DNA of 64,000 nucleotides from a virus. The stretch spans positions 288,001 through 352,000 of the IMG/VR virus record IMGVR_UViG_3300045988_180880; one strand, written 5' to 3'. Positions 62,218-64,000 of this stretch are shown in pieces (position 1 is the stretch's first letter; each line of letters starts with the position of its first letter). The notes below the pieces were generated by a model. That model was not told the origin of the DNA, made no database searches, and saw only the letters and a list, made by a program, of their open reading frames with translations. The translations under genes were made by a program, and so were the position numbers.

Positions 62218-62859
62218 ATGAAAGAAGCAGATTTATACTATACTGGAACAATTGTAGAAGTTTTAGATAAAGTATTGTATGAAATAAAGGTGGATATCCC
62301 AGGAATAAAATCGGGAGTTAAGGCATTTCCATTTAGAGGAGAAGTAGATGAGCCAAGAGTAGGTGATTTCGTATTTCTTAAGTGTCTTGATCCAGTATTT
62401 CAGAGTTATTACTTATATCAAAAAATAAAAGAAAATGATTATATAGGTTTTAGAAGTAATGGAAAAATGGTAGATATTACACCTGATTATATAAGGGTTG
62501 CTATTTTTGATCCAGGAACTGAGTATAATGATCCAAATAATAATCCTAGACCTGAACCAACCGATTGGGTGACTATAGATAAAGATGGAAACATGGATAT
62601 TAATATGAGATCTAATGTAACTATCAATATAGGAAAAAATTGTGATGTTACTATAAATGGGAAAACAAATGTAGAATTAGTTGGATCTGCAGTAGTTAAA
62701 GGATCTGATATTACACTTAAAGGTCCTGGAACATTAACAGTAAAGGGTAAAGTAGTAGCGGGAGGACATACAGCTCTCGGACCTTTTGTATTATCACCTA
62801 CTTTCTTAACTCCAGGATCTCCTATACCTACATCAGATACTATATTATTAGAGAGTTGA
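62218..62859 (+). CDS. Baseplate spike (gpV / Mu gp45 / gp5-like)
   Basis: N-terminal OB-like sequence GTIVEVLDKVLYEIKVDIPG..PRVGDFVFLKCLD. C-terminal beta-helix-like repeats NVTINIGKNCDVTINGKTNVELVGSAVVKGSDITLKGPGTLTVKG. Confidence 0.55.
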   Translation: MKEADLYYTGTIVEVLDKVLYEIKVDIPGIKSGVKAFPFRGEVDEPRVGDFVFLKCLDPVFQSYYLYQKIKENDYIGFRSNGKMVDITPDYIRVAIFDPGTEYNDPNNNPRPEPTDWVTIDKDGNMDINMRSNVTINIGKNCDVTINGKTNVELVGSAVVKGSDITLKGPGTLTVKGKVVAGGHTALGPFVLSPTFLTPGSPIPTSDTILLES

Positions 62860-62865
62860 TATATT

Positions 62866-63642
62866 ATGAAAAATTTATTAAGTGCATTGTCTGCTAAAGC
62901 AGCTCAATCAATATCATTAAAGAAATATCAAGATTCTCTTCCTGAGTTTAAGGATGAATCTAATGAAATAAAAGATCCTGAAGCAAAAAAGAAATATAAA
63001 GAAACTCTAGATAATGCTAAGGAGGATATGAAGAAAAGAGGAGAGGAAATGTTGGATAAAGCTAATGAAAAACTTGGTCAGATGTATAATCAAATGATAG
63101 AAGATTTCAATGAGCTTGGACAAGATTTAGGTCATCTTTCAGTAGGAACAGCTCAATTTGCTGCGAGAATTGCAATGGTTCCTCCAGCATTGATTTCTGT
63201 AACTCCTATGGGTCCTGGCGTTTCTGCTCAATTAGCTCCTCCATTACTTCAACAACTTAAAGCTGAAGGAGATAATCTTAGTGCAGTTTATGATAGAGTT
63301 GATGCTAAGGTAAGTAAACTAGGATTAAAATCTCTTATGGGAACTATACCGGTCGTTGGATCTGTAATGAGTATTGTAGAAACTACACAGGCAGTTGCTA
63401 AACCATTAATTGCACTAGTTGGAGCTAATGTTGGTGATATCATTGATGATCTTCCTATTCCTGAAATAGAAATACCAATACCTATTCCTGACTTAAGTGC
63501 AGCAAATTGTTCTGCTTTTTCTCCAAAAGATTTAGATCTTACGAATATATCAGCATCTAACTGTAGTAAATTTGTAGCTCTCAATGATGATGATCCTACA
63601 GTTAAATGTAATAATTGTAAAAATTATAAATCAAGATTATGA
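62866..63642 (+). CDS. Hypothetical baseplate-module protein with Cys-rich C-terminus
   Basis: ORF track, 258 aa. Confidence 0.45.
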   Translation: MKNLLSALSAKAAQSISLKKYQDSLPEFKDESNEIKDPEAKKKYKETLDNAKEDMKKRGEEMLDKANEKLGQMYNQMIEDFNELGQDLGHLSVGTAQFAARIAMVPPALISVTPMGPGVSAQLAPPLLQQLKAEGDNLSAVYDRVDAKVSKLGLKSLMGTIPVVGSVMSIVETTQAVAKPLIALVGANVGDIIDDLPIPEIEIPIPIPDLSAANCSAFSPKDLDLTNISASNCSKFVALNDDDPTVKCNNCKNYKSRL

Positions 63643-63983
63643 ATTACCTACTTTCAACAGGTCAAATAACAAATCAAGTGGAGTATTATATTATAGATCT
63701 TTTCAAACTCTACTTAAATATCTGGCCAAAGGATATTCCAGGAGCATCTAAAATTGGATTTAACTTTATTTTTACTAATACCAAGAAAAAAGATTTAGCA
63801 TCTGAAATTACTGGTAGGGTAGAACAGTTAATAACAAAAATAAAAGAGAAATTTACAAAAACACTTGATATAAAAATTGTTTCACTCGACTTAATAGATG
63901 AAACAAAAGTAAAACTAGTAATAAGTGTTAATCAGGTAGAGTCTGATGATATACTAGTTGATATAAATGAAACAACAGGATAA
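63639..63983 (+). CDS. gp25/gpW-like baseplate wedge protein candidate
   Basis: 114 aa, positioned after the spike. The pattern ..IWPKDIPGASKIGFNFIF..ITGRVEQLI..LDIKIVSLDLIDETKVKLVISV resembles the GPW_gp25 layout. Confidence 0.4.
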   Translation: MNYLLSTGQITNQVEYYIIDLFKLYLNIWPKDIPGASKIGFNFIFTNTKKKDLASEITGRVEQLITKIKEKFTKTLDIKIVSLDLIDETKVKLVISVNQVESDDILVDINETTG

Positions 63984-64000
63984 TTATTATGAAATCATTA

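Noticed and set aside
1-64000. First impression of a crAss-like podovirus (AT-rich, many hypothetical genes, introns).
   Set aside because: The window encodes a tail sheath, a gp19-like tube, a tape measure and baseplate spike and gp25-like proteins, i.e. a contractile tail.

Overview
AT-rich (by eye about 30% GC), almost entirely plus-strand morphogenesis region of a contractile-tailed dsDNA phage. In order it holds: a portal-like gene fragment, large terminase, T4 gp21-like prohead protease, acidic scaffold-like proteins, major capsid protein, a block of small Gly/Ala-rich proteins, tail sheath, gp19-like tail tube, a ~15-kb accessory island, a tape-measure/lysozyme protein, and the start of a Mu/P2-like baseplate (LysM-X, hub, spike, gp25-like). 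Six tRNAs are present. Three observations stand out. (1) Fifteen ORF-less group I introns of ~160-220 nt, in two sequence families, split six essential genes; the tail tube gene alone has five introns and 21-24-nt micro-exons. Three paralogous free-standing Vsr-like endonuclease genes sit next to the most heavily split genes. (2) At least 25 ORFs start with a shared 9-10-aa leader (MIIKRKLFS and variants). Its x-F-S core also recurs inside the scaffold-like proteins, at residue ~62 of the capsid protein, and at the N-terminus of the gp21-like protease. This suggests a capsid-targeting/protease-cleavage tag comparable to the T4 CTS. (3) In the accessory island, leader-tagged HExxH and ART-like proteins are each followed by convergent minus-strand genes that carry a conserved 19-nt upstream motif, an effector/immunity-like layout. 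Further items: three AAA-AAG -1 recoding candidates, G9 tracts with mini-uORFs, a CGGCCG cluster and hairpin-rich noncoding regions. All calls come from reading the sequence and recognising motifs by eye; no searches were run, and intron boundaries are model-based estimates.
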